From Nageia nagi (Eukaryota; Plantae; Pinophyta), in NCBI GenBank assembly GCA_050084985.1, contig JBITNC010000001.1, forward strand, positions 200,570,001 through 200,634,000: a stretch of 64,000 nt of DNA, read 5' to 3'. The notes beneath the pieces were generated by a model. It saw only the letters and a list, made by a program, of their open reading frames with translations, searched no databases and was not told the origin of the DNA. Below, piece by piece: positions 13,624 to 28,050 of this stretch. Numbering within the stretch: the stretch's first letter is position 1; each line of letters starts with the position of its first letter. The translations under genes and the position numbers were made by a program.

Positions 13624-14559
13624 CTCTCCAACCATAATACAAATATAAAATGTTTATATTAATATCTTTATAGCATAATGTAATGAATCTAAGTCATATT
13701 ATTCAATATAGCCCAATAATGCTTATTATAAATCAAGGTATAATATTTTACACACTTGATCATTTTAAATCACTATATATATAATTTAAAAAGAACACAT
13801 TCATATATCATTGATTCACCTCTTTGGTAATACTTTAAAATGAAATATCATTTATTAATGCTAAACATTCATAAATGATAATATTAAACTAGAATTTATT
13901 ATCTTCACTAATTAAATAATCTACTAGTTAATTATTTCTTTCATATTATTTTTTTTTGTAAATGAGGTATAACACATAAACCTAAGTGAAATACATTCAA
14001 ATCACTTTAATACTAAAATAAAAATGCAAATATCAAATCTAATTTCTTGAAAAATAAATATTAGGAACAAGGGTCAAAGTTTGGATCATGACATCAATAT
14101 TGATATTGTATGATATATGGTTTTAAGTCTTTTATACATAAACTAGTCAATAATATACTGCATAGTTTATAAGAGAAACTTAAGGTAGGAATACATAGTT
14201 ATAATAAATTTTAGCCCATATTTGGTATATGTTAACATCATTTATTTTGTGTTCCATATATTATCTTTGGATCCTAAATTGAGTATTGCTTTATTTTAGT
14301 AGTAAAATAGTAGATATAATACATTTTAGGCAAGTTTAGTGTACAATTTCAATTATGATCTAGATTTTGTTGAGTCAAGTATCTTGCTATGTATATAGGG
14401 AAAAATGAAAAAAATGTACCCCCTTGGATGCATTAAGTATGCATGGATTGTACTTTGGTATGTAGTATGGTAATTAATATGCAACTTTAATGATGATCTA
14501 GACTAATTGTAGTTAATTACCTTGTAATGTATGTAGGGAGAAGAGCATCCTTGGGGATT

Positions 14560-14914
14560 TGATATTATCATTTCATATCTTATTAGGCATGGTGCAAGTA
14601 TATCATATGGTGCACTTTGATTATTTCATATCTTATGATATAATATTATATCATTTCATATCATATGGTGCATTGGATCATTTCATATCATATATTGCAC
14701 TAGATCATTTCATATTATATATTATATATGATTATTTCATATCATATGATGCACATGATTATTTGATATCATATGGTGCATCAAAACATTTCATATATTA
14801 TGATGCACTAGATCATTTCATATTACATGTATGGTGTACTTGGATTATTTCATATCATATGGATGATGCACTTGAATCATTTTATTTCATATGATGCACT
14901 AGATTATTTCATAT
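14560..14914. repeat. ~28-bp minisatellite (atttcatatcatatgatgcactagatc), resumes at 37025-37060
   Basis: About 12 degenerate tandem units, interrupted by element E. Confidence 0.85.
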
Positions 14915-15049
14915 TATTGATACCTAATTTTGATCTACCTAAGGTTGTCCCCTCTTAGGTATTTTATTATGTTAATATTATGTCATTTTGTTATATTGTT
15001 ATATTAATATCATATTATATCATATATGTTATATTCATTTTTTCTTCCT

Positions 15050-15740
15050 CTCAATAAACTAGAGAACATGTTCATATTTTTGAAGGACTAATTAGAAACC
15101 TTACAACATATAAAGGTGTATATAAAATTATTTAAGAGTGTGGAACTTGTTCCATTGGTGAAACAAGTAGGTCAATAATTTAAAGGGTTAAAAAATATTG
15201 TGCAAATTTATAATATAATAGAATAACCAAATCTGCCCTTACCAAACATGTGGATAAAACTAAACACCATATATTCATGGATAAAGTCAAAGTCTTGGCT
15301 AGATGTGATAAATTCCAAGAATTAAGAATTAGAGAAGTTATTGAAATTAAACTTAACCCTAATAATATTAATAGAGACCATGGTATTGAGATTAGTAGGG
15401 CATGATTACCTATTATTGACCTAATTCACAAACATAGAAGGAAAAATAATATGATACTAAAATAGCCATAATTTTTGTATTTTAACTCAATTTTTTATAT
15501 TTTTAACATTGTTGGAAATATATTTTTATTTAAAATTAAGTATATATATCATTTTAGTATTTTATAATGATAGAGGGTTAACATTGATGTTATAAAATTG
15601 GGTATTCCTAATCTCTACTTAAAGAAGAAGATTACACTTTATTTTCTTCATTAAGTAATTCTAAAGATGGGTCCCACAAATTGGATTTAAAATATCAATA
15701 ATTTTAATTCATATGCAATTAAACCTCAAACCACTAAAGA
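15050..15740 (+). mobile_element. Penelope-like element (Dryad-type) 3' fragment with GIY-YIG endonuclease
   Basis: KGVYKII*ECGTCSIGETSRSII*RVKK..KSALTKHVDKTKHHI..IREVIEIKLNPNNINRDHGIEISRA*LP matches the Penelope GIY-YIG pattern (GVY.I.C.CG..YIGET.R..SA.A.H..EAIEI..NRD.G..S..W.P). Confidence 0.85.
15655..15705 (+). ncRNA. Decayed hammerhead-ribozyme-like core of the Penelope fragment
   Basis: ctaaagat-gggtcc-cacaaatt-ggattt-aaaatatc back-mutates by C>T/G>A changes alone to CTGAAGAT-GGGTCC-loop-GGACCC-GAAACGTC. Confidence 0.5.
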
Positions 15741-16599
15741 GTAGGTTTTTCATTATTAGGGAATCATTTTTTGTAGAATGTTTCGTAGGAAGCCCTAGGT
15801 TTTGTTTGGTTTTTATTTGTCTTAATTTTATACAAAATTAGAAAAACTTAATACTTTTATTTTTTTGAAAATTTTAAGGTATATTTATTTTTTAGAATTC
15901 ATTTTTTGTCAAAATCCCCAATTGTGAACCTAATTTTTTAAAAAATTTATGCATGTTTATGTCTTAGAACTTTTTCCAAACCATATATATTCATGGTAGA
16001 TAATTTTTAGAAAGTAAGATTAGGTTTATTTGCATGCATTTTCATGAAATTATGAGTTGGATAATTTTTTATGGAATTTCATTTTTGCATAAAATCCTAG
16101 ATTTTGAGCTTAATATTTTACGATTTTGTGGTTGTGTTTGTGCCTTAGAATTTTTCTTATACACTAGATATTCATGATAGGAAACTTTTGGAAGGGAACA
16201 TTAGGATTGTTGTATGCCTTTTTATTAGGTTTTGATTGAGAAAAAAATATTTTTGTAAAAAAACTCCATATTTTCAAGCTTGTTCTAGTCAATTTGATGT
16301 GCTTTTTACATTAGAAAATCTTGTTTGACACACACACATATATTTTATATTGGGATATTTTGGTAATTTTTAAAGGTCATATTTTGCAAAATTAGTATAA
16401 TTTTAGGTTATTTTTTATCAACCAAAAGTCCTAAAGTTTTTGGAGGTATTTAATATCTATTTCTTTAAGTATGACATACATGGTAATATTAGTAGGAAAA
16501 TATCATGATAGTGCTAGCATTGGGGGTAGCACCTACACTATCATCAGTGCCAACGTTAGGGATACAACTTAAAATGTTGATACCTTCATGATAGAGTAC

Positions 16600-17560
16600 T
16601 TTAAGTAGTTTGAAATGAGAATAAATTTACTTTAGAGTCAATTTGGGATAAGTGTTGACCATATAGAATACAAAGGTGATACCTTGAGCATGGAGATTCG
16701 TAATGCTATCCTCACCAATATAGATAAAGAACCTGAATTAGAAAACTTTTACGATGAATAAGATCCAATTAGTCATTTGCAAGGATATAATCATATCATT
16801 GAGCTAAATTTTGGAATTAATTATCAATGAAAGGATAAATATTTTCTTATGAGTTTGATTGGCAATGAAAGAAAGTGAATTTATAAATTGGCATTTGCTT
16901 TAATTAACTCTTTTAAGCAACTAAAAGATGAGTTCAAAAGTGAATTTTGATGCAATATTCATAAGCCTCTTGATTTTACATATTTGATTCATTGTAAGAA
17001 AGGTAAATAAGAAATATTAGAAGAATTTATGAAAAGGTATGCAAATATTTAGAAATCAATGGAACAAACCATGGATGAGAAATTCATTATAAGGTATTTC
17101 TTAATAACATTAATCCTATTCTTGCTGAAAAAGGTCTTGATTATATTAAAGGTCCATTTATGGATATGGTTTACATGCTTATTAAGAAAGAAAAGTTTTT
17201 GTTAAGATATGGTAAACTTAAGTATGCATCTTATACAAAGGAAAATCATTAAAAGTTATATCAAAGGAATGAGAATAATCAAGTAAATATGGTTGAACCA
17301 AGTACAACTAAAGAAGAGATGAAATCTTTTTACAAGCTCCCTATAACCCCTCCACAAAATGATTGATAGCTCCCTATTTTTTACTAAAATGATTGATATA
17401 ACCTAAAAGGGAAGATAATATGGTGAATATAAAAAGAATCCCTATTGGAATAAGGAGAACATGTACTCCTTATTTGTATCATTAAGTCATAGGCCATTCC
17501 ACTAATGGGTGTATTGAAATGAAGAATAAGTTGCATAAGCTTTTATAAAATGGATAAGTT
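16600..17560 (+). pseudogene. Element E gag remnant
   Basis: PELENFYDE*DPISHLQGY..YFLMSLIGNERK*IYKL..INSFKQLKDEF; Tat-type knuckle remnant YH*VIGHSTNGCIEMKNKLHKL. Confidence 0.75.
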
Positions 17561-20500
17561 AATTATGTTACTAATGAAGAATCTGATATAAAAACTATAG
17601 AGGAATCTAATGATGAAGAATGTAAGAATACAATCAACATGGTTACTCTTGTTGAAGATTATGCCCAAGCACAACAAGGTAAGAAGGGAGCTAAGACTAA
17701 AATCTTTTATGATCATGATTCCTTTTCTAATAAAATTAGCTTATATGATTTATATATGAAATTTGGTTATGATAGAGAAGTTATCCATAATATTTTCAAA
17801 AATTGATTTATTAATGTCAATATTACTACAAGTACTCTTGGATAAATGTTTGAGTCTTTTCGATAGGTTAGCTCAATACAATCAAAAGATGATGCATCCT
17901 TTAGTCAAGATACTGAAAGTGAATATGAAGATAAAATGGAAGAGGAATAAATTATAAATGAAGAAATCCACCAAGCAGTCAACATGGTCACCTATGATTA
18001 TGAAGATGATGAACACCAAGAGAAAGTACTAGAAGACAAAGTTGATGAAGAAAGCATGAATATGAAAATACCTTTTTAGTTAATTAGAACCCAATAATAA
18101 CCTTGGATACCAAGCACCCATGCTGGGGGAAGCATCCACTCTACCATCACAAATCAAGAAAAATATCAAGTTTTCTAAGAAGGATCACTCACATCTATGT
18201 AAATAAAGTCAAGAAAAAGGATCCTGCTTATGTCCACCATTCTTCTAAGTTTGACAATTCAAGAAAGGTTGATACATTCAAAAGAAATAGAGATCAAATT
18301 TAAATTATGTTGTAAGGATAGTCACCAAGTAATATTTACCATCATTTTTATATATGTTAGACTTGCATTTTCATATAGGCTAGTTGTGCATCTTCATGTA
18401 GAATAGATTACATCATGCATAACATACAATCCCTTTATTAGTTGGAAGTATAATTAACCATCATTCACTCCCTTTTTTGGTTAGGGATATAATTAACCAT
18501 CATATCCTTATGTTTTTTTATGTCTTCATATCTTTGTGATCAAGTTGTTATTTTCATCTTAGTATTGTCTATTTTGGTCAAAGTTTCTATGTAATTTTGT
18601 CAATTCTATCATGGTTTATCAAAGGAAGTTATGCATGATATGGCTTAGGAAATATCATAAGGATAAACAAAATGGTTTTTAGTTCAAAATGAATCATAAA
18701 GAATTGGAATATTTTAGAAATTTATAATCAGTAGTTTCATATGAGAAAAGTCATAAGTAACTTAACACTAATTTTGGGGTATATTATCAATTTTTACTCT
18801 ATCTTATGGGCATGCCCTCAAGAATGCAAAGGTTATCTACCTTAACATCCTTATCTCTCATATGCATGACTTATGATCTTTTCTTACATATTATGATTAT
18901 GAAAAAATGTTGCTATGTTCTTATTATGATCACTTCATTATGAACATTTTATGATCACTCGCTTTATTTGTTGAGGCATTAAACATCACTTTATGATCAC
19001 TCCCTTTTTGGGTTAGGGCATTAACCATCACTTTATGATAACTGTTATGATCTCTTTATTATCATATACTCTTTTATTATAATTGAGGCATTATGGATAA
19101 CTATTATGATATGATTTTGCATGATACTATGATATAACATATTATTTAAGGCCTATATGTTTTGGAAGATGGTGTTTGATGTTTGTTATAACCAAAATAA
19201 TAATAATTAGGGTTATTTATAGTATATTCAATTGATTAATTAACCACAAAATAACAATAAATTATGACATGAAATATGGAAATGATCTGATTGATCATGA
19301 CCTATCAAATTGTATTTATAAAAGATACAAACCTATTATTTACCTTTCATGATGAATGAAATTGATATTTAGCTGAAAGAAGATGTATGAAAAGATTCCA
19401 TGAAGAATAGACCCACCAATATGATTGTAACCTAGCATCAACACTAGGATCCTAGAGGCACCATCGATAACCTTTCTAGAATGCCTCATCTTTTTTTTTG
19501 ATGTCATTATCATTCCTTTAAAGCTTAAAATATTGCATGTAAATGCATGTAAAAGATCATAGGAATGTAGATCTTACTATATAATAAAATCTAGTTATGT
19601 TAGGTGGCATTAAGAAACATCATTCAAGAATGATACAAGTAATTACCACCTATCAAGGATTCATGATCATGTCATAATTGCTTATACGTAACCCCTACAC
19701 CTTTATAGGTCATAGGTCTAGTGCTAAGGCTCTTCCTTAAGTTTATTATGATATCAAGATAACCTATTATCATAAAACATAAAGGTAGATTAGAGTACAT
19801 GGTTATAAGATAATTTATTTATTAAACTAAATAAATAATTTTTGAATACCTAAAAGGGTATTTTAATTAAACTTAAATTCATTTTTAGGTGTTAATAGAT
19901 GTCCCACTTTGAATATGATTTGATGCTTTTGGGAAAAGAGATAATCAAATCATAAATTCAAAGTATAACAAGATAAGTAAGAAATTATTCCTTGAAAATT
20001 TATCTCATGGTGGTAGCTTTGTATGCCCCAATTTTTTCCTATATTATCCCGTCTCTTTGGCTTCATTACGACATGATGGACCTCTCATCATAGGAGAAAT
20101 CCAAGACAAAGACAAAGGAACTTGAAAAGAATGTAAATAAGAAATGATTTTATTCAAGATATCTCAAATATAGAAATTAAATATCATGATATGAAAAGTA
20201 TGTAAATGATAAGATATCAAACCTATCCTTAGTGACTTACCTATACAGAGTTATTAAGATAGATTACCAATTTAAATGATTAACTTGGATTCCCAAGCCA
20301 TCACGTTTCCATGGAGTTTTCTATGAATGGTCCTTCCTACAAAGGTTCCAAATGATAAAAATGATCCTTCCTTATAAATACATCAAATAATAAGAATAAC
20401 CCTACCTTACAAAGGCATCAAATGATAAGAATGATCAACTTGGTTTTCCAAGACACCATGTTTCCATGGATTTCTTGATAAGAATTACCCTTTGTTACAA

Positions 20501-21515
20501 ATGTGTCAAATGATAAGAGTTTTCCTACCTTACAAAGAAAGCCAATGATAAGAGAAATAATATGATATGAAAAAGCATTTTTGACATGTGATATGATTTG
20601 ATATGTCAAGCATCATTTGGACAAGCAATTTTTGCAAAATTAGTGGATAAGCATCATTTGTGATAAGTAATAGGTAGAAGCTTTTGCAAAGATATAAGAT
20701 AAGTACTATTTGATACATAATACATCTTATAACAAAGAATGAAAGGTTATGATAAAATATCATATTTATTTTAAATATTTCCAATATTTATGAAGTGGAA
20801 AGAAATTCATTCATAATAGTTATCATGAGGAAAGAATGATACACAACATTTTCTAAAAACATGATATGAATTTGATACCAAGATTATAAGCATATAATGA
20901 TAAAAATATATTGCATTTGAAGAAAAAAGAACACATTTTTCTTATTCTTACCATAGATATGGATCATATATTTTGAAATAAATAGTCTCTTACCTTATTA
21001 ACCTAATGACATCTCTAGGAACATAGTAGTAATGCTGGAATAAACCATTAAATTTTTGAAAGGAACAACTTCTACATTTTTGTACTACACTGATGAAGTG
21101 AAAATGTTATATGTTCATGAAAAATAATCATATTTTACAAAATTTGATTATCATTTCCTATTTAATTTTAACAACTTTCCCTAAGAGGGATTTTTGATAA
21201 ATTAGGTTCAATCATGCATTGATGTGCCTATTTTTATTTCATGCAGATAGTTTTCAAGTTCATTGATAGACCATTTTTAGAAAAAGGGGATTTTAACCTA
21301 ATGAAATTGTTGGCATCCAAGTGGCACTACACTATTGAGGAGACCTAAAGAAGACTAAAAGTAAATTGAAGAAGGATGCATACCCAATTAATGATGAAAA
21401 GAGGTTCAATGTAGAATAAATAATATATTTAACAATGACTTTTAAGAAAAGGGGTTCTATTTAGTTTATAAATAGGTAAAATTACATTTCATTTTCATAT
21501 TTGCATTTGGCCATC

Positions 21516-23360
21516 ATGAACTCTAGTCCTCAAGGTTCTAGGTATAAATTTGAGATGGTGAAGGATTACAAAGGAGCTATTTCCTTGTAGGGTATGACTA
21601 TTATGAGTATGGCTCAATGAATTATCTCTCAATAGGTTCATAGGGCTATTGTTATTCATTCTTTACCCAAGGGACACCAGGTACTAAAATTTCTTCATAT
21701 TCCTTCTTCATGCATGAATTAGGATATTTTTGATGGATCAATTTTTTTATTTTAGTTAAGTTTTTCTTAATTTTGATAAATTATTGAAATAATTACGATG
21801 AAAATATAGGGACCATATTTAGCATGCATGGATAGGAAATAAACATATTTTTATCGTAAAATGCTAAAAAAAGGAAATGGGTTTTAATTTTTTTTCAAAA
21901 ATTTATGCTTGAATCAAGAAATACCATTGGGTTTTGTGTGCCATTTTTGAGATCAAATTTTTATAAAAATGCATTATTTTAGGTTTTGTATGAATACTAA
22001 GACATTCTTATGCTTAAAGTTTTTTGGAAATTTATCTCAATTTATTTGGTTTTTATCCATAAATGGTAATTTTTTAGTCTATTTTATTTTTTAATTTACT
22101 ATTATGAATTTTTACTCAATTACTAATAAGTTTTTATGTTTGTTATGGGTGTAAGATTAGGCCTACCTCATGAGATATGAGCCATGGAATCAAAATATTT
22201 AAGTGGCTATGAATTTTATCATTACATCTAAGGAGAGAGGATGGTTAGACTCATATGTACTAGGTCACATGAGGGGCATCACCCACATACCATGTGATAA
22301 GTACTTGTTGACTACCTTGATAGAGTGTTAGTATGATGATTCCTCCATATTCCATTTACTAATAGGTGAGATGATTATCATCCTTGCTAATATCCATCAC
22401 ATCCTATAGGTACTCATGAAGAGTACATTAATTAAAAGGACTACACTTTCGATGGAAAATATGGAGGAGCATTATCATTTAGTAATAGATGTTCATGATT
22501 AGAGGACATAGACAATGATTGATGTTTCAAGTTATATGTTATAATTCTTATTGATATGATTCTATGTAACAATAAGAATCATGAGTGCTTCCACATCAAA
22601 TTGATTCTGATTATGTGAGGGATATACCTTCATGGAGAGAGATATGCATGGGCATGATGCATTTTGGTGATGCTCTATAGGGACCTTTATAGTGTTATGT
22701 CTATGAAGAAAGGAGCTAGCAAGATCATGGTGCACTCATTTATTCTACAAGCATGGGCATATGAGCATATAGATATGGCTCAAATCTATTTGTTATTAAT
22801 GACTCATGTAGACATGCTCTATTGGTTTCGATGGAATACCACCCAAAGAATGGGGCTGACATGATGGGTGTAGTAGTGTCAAAGAGTGCTTGACTTGTTA
22901 GATAAGGAGAATATGATCTAGGATCCCTACTTTGACCTACCAATTTGAGATGAGTTGGATGAGGATTTATCATAAAGCATGACTCCTTATTATATCTAGG
23001 GACATAAATGGTTGGCAAAATTCTATCATCCTAATAGAATGTTTCATCAATTGAGCCTAACATAAGATATGCTTATTTTGAGGGTGTGGCTAATTATCAC
23101 CAGATATTACAAATATCAAATTATTTCACATAGATTCTTAACTATAACAACATGAAGTGTAGAGTGGTAGACACTTGAGGATCATGATCCTAGACTACGT
23201 ACATCACACCATCAACATACTCAAGATCATAGATGTTGGTGGGATACAATAAGGCCCATTTTATTGAACCTCAATGATAAGGAGGTAAGGGAGGTAGAGG
23301 GAGAGGAGGAGGAGGGAGGGAGAGGAGGAGGAGGAGGTGCAAGTAGAGGAGGAGCCAATA
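21516..23360 (+). pseudogene. Plant Mobile Domain (aminotransferase-like/MAIN-like) gene of element D; coiled-coil tail continues at ~31992-32300
   Basis: DKYLLTTLIEC*YDDSSIFHLLIGEMIIILANIHHIL (cf. ALVERW..T.TFHLP.GEMTITL.DV); ILQAWAYEHI; FYHPNRMFHQL; putative short exon 21516-21591 followed by an intron to ~22157. Confidence 0.85.
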
Positions 23361-26008
23361 GACATCAAAAAACCACCATGACCTACTTGTGAAATAGATC
23401 CCTCTAGATAGTCCACATCAAGAGCTACCACTCCCTCAACTTATAATCTATGTATACCTCAAATTGTGTAATTATGAATAAACATAATTAAATAGATAGT
23501 ATAAAATATACAATGAATATACAACATGCACTATATCATATTAAAATAGGTACATGAAATGTATTAACCTAATATGAAGTGCATATACAATCCTCAAAAG
23601 CAGATAGTAGTGAATCTTTGTAGGATTAGGATTAGATTTAGGATGAGCTCATAACAAATCTTTGCAAGAGTAGAGTAATTAGTTAACCACTAAAATTTGG
23701 AACTACTAATCTAGAAGGCACACATCACTGATGGTGTAGAGGTAGAACACTATTGACTACATAGAATTGGATGATTCATGTTATGCATATAAGATAGAAA
23801 GTTCATATCTTAGAGTATAATAAGTTCTCAAGATAGGTGGTGTCCAGAGACACTATTATAGTTGAAAACCACCTATCAAAGTTCTTTATCATACCATAGG
23901 ACTTCAATCTATGGAAATCAACCTATTTCCCTTAGATTTATAGCCTGTAATGGACATAGAGTGGAATGAGGTTGAATCCTAGAAATAATAATAATCTTTG
24001 TTGTATTCAAGATAACTTAAAATATGAACCATGGTAAATGATATTATACTAGTCCTAGCACATGGTATTGCATCATAATATCAATTTTATCCTTATTTAT
24101 GTATTATTTTGATTAATCATTTAAGAAGTCTAAATATGATTTATTAAATAAATAATAAATCATTTTTAGGCATCTACATTTTCCCTGTCTTTGGATATGA
24201 AATGAAAAGCATTGAAATTGCATAATCCAAAGAATTTTAGAGAAGAGAAGAAAATTTACAATAGTAAAGCATACTTCCCTATTTCAATTGATATGCTAAG
24301 TATGGTATGTTATTTTCCCCTTTTGGTCTTGTTTTCCCCTTACTCATGTTGCATCAGGCAAGCTAGCCAAAATTGAAGTCCCTATATGAGGTGAATGGTC
24401 TATGCCAATCCTACTCACCCATAATATACCTAAAGAATAAATCAACATAATACCTACATACATCACATCCCATGGTCCATGCAACTCATAGTTTTATAAA
24501 CCATGATGTATAGACTACTATGATGATAATTCATAGTCTATTAAGAATAAGTACATGAGGTCTTTTTTCATCCTCTAGGCTTGCAATATCCATGATTATC
24601 AAGATGATGAGAACCTTTAATGACTCAAGCTTGGAATAACCTATGAAAAATAAGAGATTTGATCATAGAATGACTATGGCCTTGAAACTAGTTATTAGTA
24701 GAACAATAAATAATAACATTTAATTTTTGTAAATGTATAAGATATTCAAATATTCAATGGTCTTGTGTTTCAATATTTCAAATTATTTGAATGTTCAAAG
24801 TAAATCCATGCCACTAGTGGCATGGTATGCTTAAAATTTTGCAATCATTTCTTCCACTATTTTATTCATTAACATTATAACATTACATATTTGTTAAATT
24901 ACAACAATTCAAGAAGATATTCAAGGAAATTTTAGCATTCCCCAAATGCAAAATATTTATATTGGAAACATGTCATTGGTGGCATGGATGTAACCATATC
25001 AGATGCAGGAATTTGAATCACATTCAATTTATACTTGAAGATAACATTTTGTATTAAATTAAATTGCCATATAACATAAGATTTTCAATAAAAATTAGGA
25101 ATTACCAACATTTAACCATATTTTCAAGTTGTTTGTATGGTAATCATAAAATCAAAATATCAATATTGGTGAATAATTAACACCATGAAAGCATGATTAA
25201 TATTTGGAAGAACACATAATTTTTCCCTATGCATGTCTCTAATAGCATGTTAATGGATGAATTGATTTTTTGTAAAAAATAGCACATCCAAATAGCATTG
25301 AACCCATAATATTCAAGTATGTACCACTCGAAAACCATGCATATATGTAAAGATGAAAAATTTGCACATAGATTTCATTAAATTTGATTTCCATAATTAA
25401 AATTCTTCATTTTCACTCATCTAATATTCATGATATTCAGTTATGATGATCTATGAGAGCAAGAATTAAAGCATCTCATTTAGAATTTTTTCAAAAGTTA
25501 CATAAATCACATTGCTAACAATGTCTTTTTAATACAAATAAAATTGAAAAATGAAAGATAGACAATTTCCAATCCAATATGCAATGTAAACTAGGCAAAT
25601 TAATGTGCTCACTATTTGTGATCTATAGGCATTGAATTGGTCACTAATTTGACAAATAACATGCCACTAGTAGCATGAAAATATTAAAATTAGCTTTTCA
25701 AAAAGAAATGGTAGGCCTATGGAATATTTGAAAAAAAATTGCACATACGAAATAATGATAATCATGCCATAGAAATTAGTTATGAAAAAGCCCTAGGTTT
25801 AGAAGGAAAAGAGTGAATATAATATAGTAAAGTTGACTTTTTGGTCATTTATTGTCATTTTCTAGTTGGTGCTTATGCTCTAGAGCTATTTGGTGAATTT
25901 CTCTTCTTATTTCCACCCTTATTGACTATGAGACTTATCTTTAATTCTTACATTGAGATTTTGTTGAGGGTTTCTTATATCCATTCAATTATACTATTTT
26001 ACCTATTC

Positions 26009-28050
26009 ATGGTTGATGATGGGTGGCATGGAGTAGGGTAGCCCCTCACTAGATAGCATGGTCATGTTTCCAAATATATTCAAAGCCTCCCTTTTGAGAA
26101 CATGATAAATAATTATTTTTGATCAATTTTGATTCATTTTTATTTTGATTTTAATTGCTACATATTCCTTGCATGTTAGTCCATCTTGTTCTTTTATGTT
26201 TAATATTTGATTTTTAATTTAAAATTTCTTTACTTACTCCTTACAAGATCATAAGGTATTGATTTGGGGTGGACCTATGTTCGTAATAGCACTAGAGAAG
26301 GCAAGGTCCTAATAATGGACAAACCATGAGGATGATATCCTCACATGATTAGGATTGGATGATTTTTTCCATAGCAGGACACATCTAGTAGGATTTCCCC
26401 CTACTTACAACCTTCACAGAGTAGTGGGATCTGAATTGTAACACCTTTCACCTACCACTAGGTGAAATGAGTATTATATTGCTCAATGTCTATAGGATAT
26501 GGGGGATACCTATTCAAGGTTATCTTGTCCATCAAGTTGAGGTATCATATAATATCATGAGAGAGAAGCTAGAACTTTGGATTATGAGGGAGGAAGATCA
26601 TTATTGGGAGGATAGGGCTTCCTCAATTGAAGGAGGTGTGTAGGTTTGCACCATCAAGGAGTCACCTGAGGTTTATATATTACCTCCATTATTCCCACAT
26701 ACTTATATCTAGATAAGAGTAGTTCATATTTTCCTCTTGGCCTAGTGTGGGTAGTATAAGAGATATGTTTTAGGGGGACATAATTTATGTGAGAACCTAT
26801 AGTGTTAGCCTAGGTTTATAAGGAATTGTACAATTTTGTAAATGTTAACAACTTCAACATCATGATAGCACATGTAGGCCTATTATGAGTGTGGATGTAT
26901 GAGAAGATTTTAGTTATCAATTTTATTAGACTCTAGAGGGCCAAATATGATCCTAGCAATATAACTTTGACTTTTTGGGTGTTGAAGGAATGTGAGTGTA
27001 GGTACTTGTACACACTAGAGGCTACAAGGAGAGAGATAGATGGTATCTAGGTTGAGAATTTAGTTTGGGTACCCTATGTGGACTTTATGTGAGATAAGGA
27101 TGCTAACCAGATAACATGGGTGAGATAAGAATTCTTTCTCTAGATTAGGAGAAGGTTAGTGGATCCTACCTCCACCATCAGGTTCTAAGGTAGTTAGGGA
27201 TCTAGCAAGGGATCCCTCTAGTGCCTATGTGTTAAGATGATACATGATTGATCAAGATGTACCTACATGATTGCAAGTGATATGAACTTAGAGACTAACC
27301 TAGGAGGAGCCTAAGTTTCATGAAGTTGCAACATATGTCTCTATGGCACCTAGGATTGCATGGGGATACATGACATGGTGGCAGACCATTCGACCAACCA
27401 CCCTTAGGTTAGATGAGGATGTGGAGAATGAGGTAGTTATGTTAGAGGGATCCTTAGATGAAGATTTGTATTATGTAAATAATCCTATGAATGACATATG
27501 AGTGTAAGGAGGAGAGGTTGTAGATCTAAGACTAGTAGAACTATTAGATGCTATGCCACTAATGGATCCAAGTAATAGGTTAATCATATATCTATTTATG
27601 TAAATTTATATATGATCATGAAACTAACATTAAAAACATTTCTTATAGGAGAGATAGACACATGAGTGGTAGCCTTAGAGGATGATATCAAGAGGATTAA
27701 GCCTTTCAAGAGAGAGGTGGTCATTCTATGGGACACAATTGCTACTAGGGATGCTCAAAAAACTATGCTAGAGTATTTCTTAAAGAGATTGTAGGAACAT
27801 ATGGACATGCCTCCTCCTAATGAGAAATAGGCTTTTATACAAAGCCTCATGGAAAAAGTTTAAAATAAAGATAATGATATCTCAGTATTGAGGGAGAAAT
27901 ATGAGTAGGCCAAGGCACTCTTAACCACCTTGGGGATTAGCACCAATGAGGTTTTGGGAGGCATATCAATATTAAAAGCTAGTGGAAGCAACTGAAGGAC
28001 AAGGTTTAGGACTAGTGAGGTTGAGAGTAGTGGCAATAGTGCATGCAACT
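26009..28050 (+). pseudogene. Plant Mobile Domain (MAIN-like) gene of element C
   Basis: LLTTFTE*WDLNCNTFHLPLGEMSIILLNVYRIWGIPIQG; H.*AYYE; SYLHHQVLR*LG; N-terminal exon LTR*HGHVSKYI; intron-like AT-rich gaps at ~26105-26248 and ~27572-27648 (aactaac...ttatag). Confidence 0.85.

Noticed and set aside
14559-14894. 111-aa ORF with DHFISY repeats
   Set aside because: Read-through of a 28-bp minisatellite; the unit length is not a multiple of 3.
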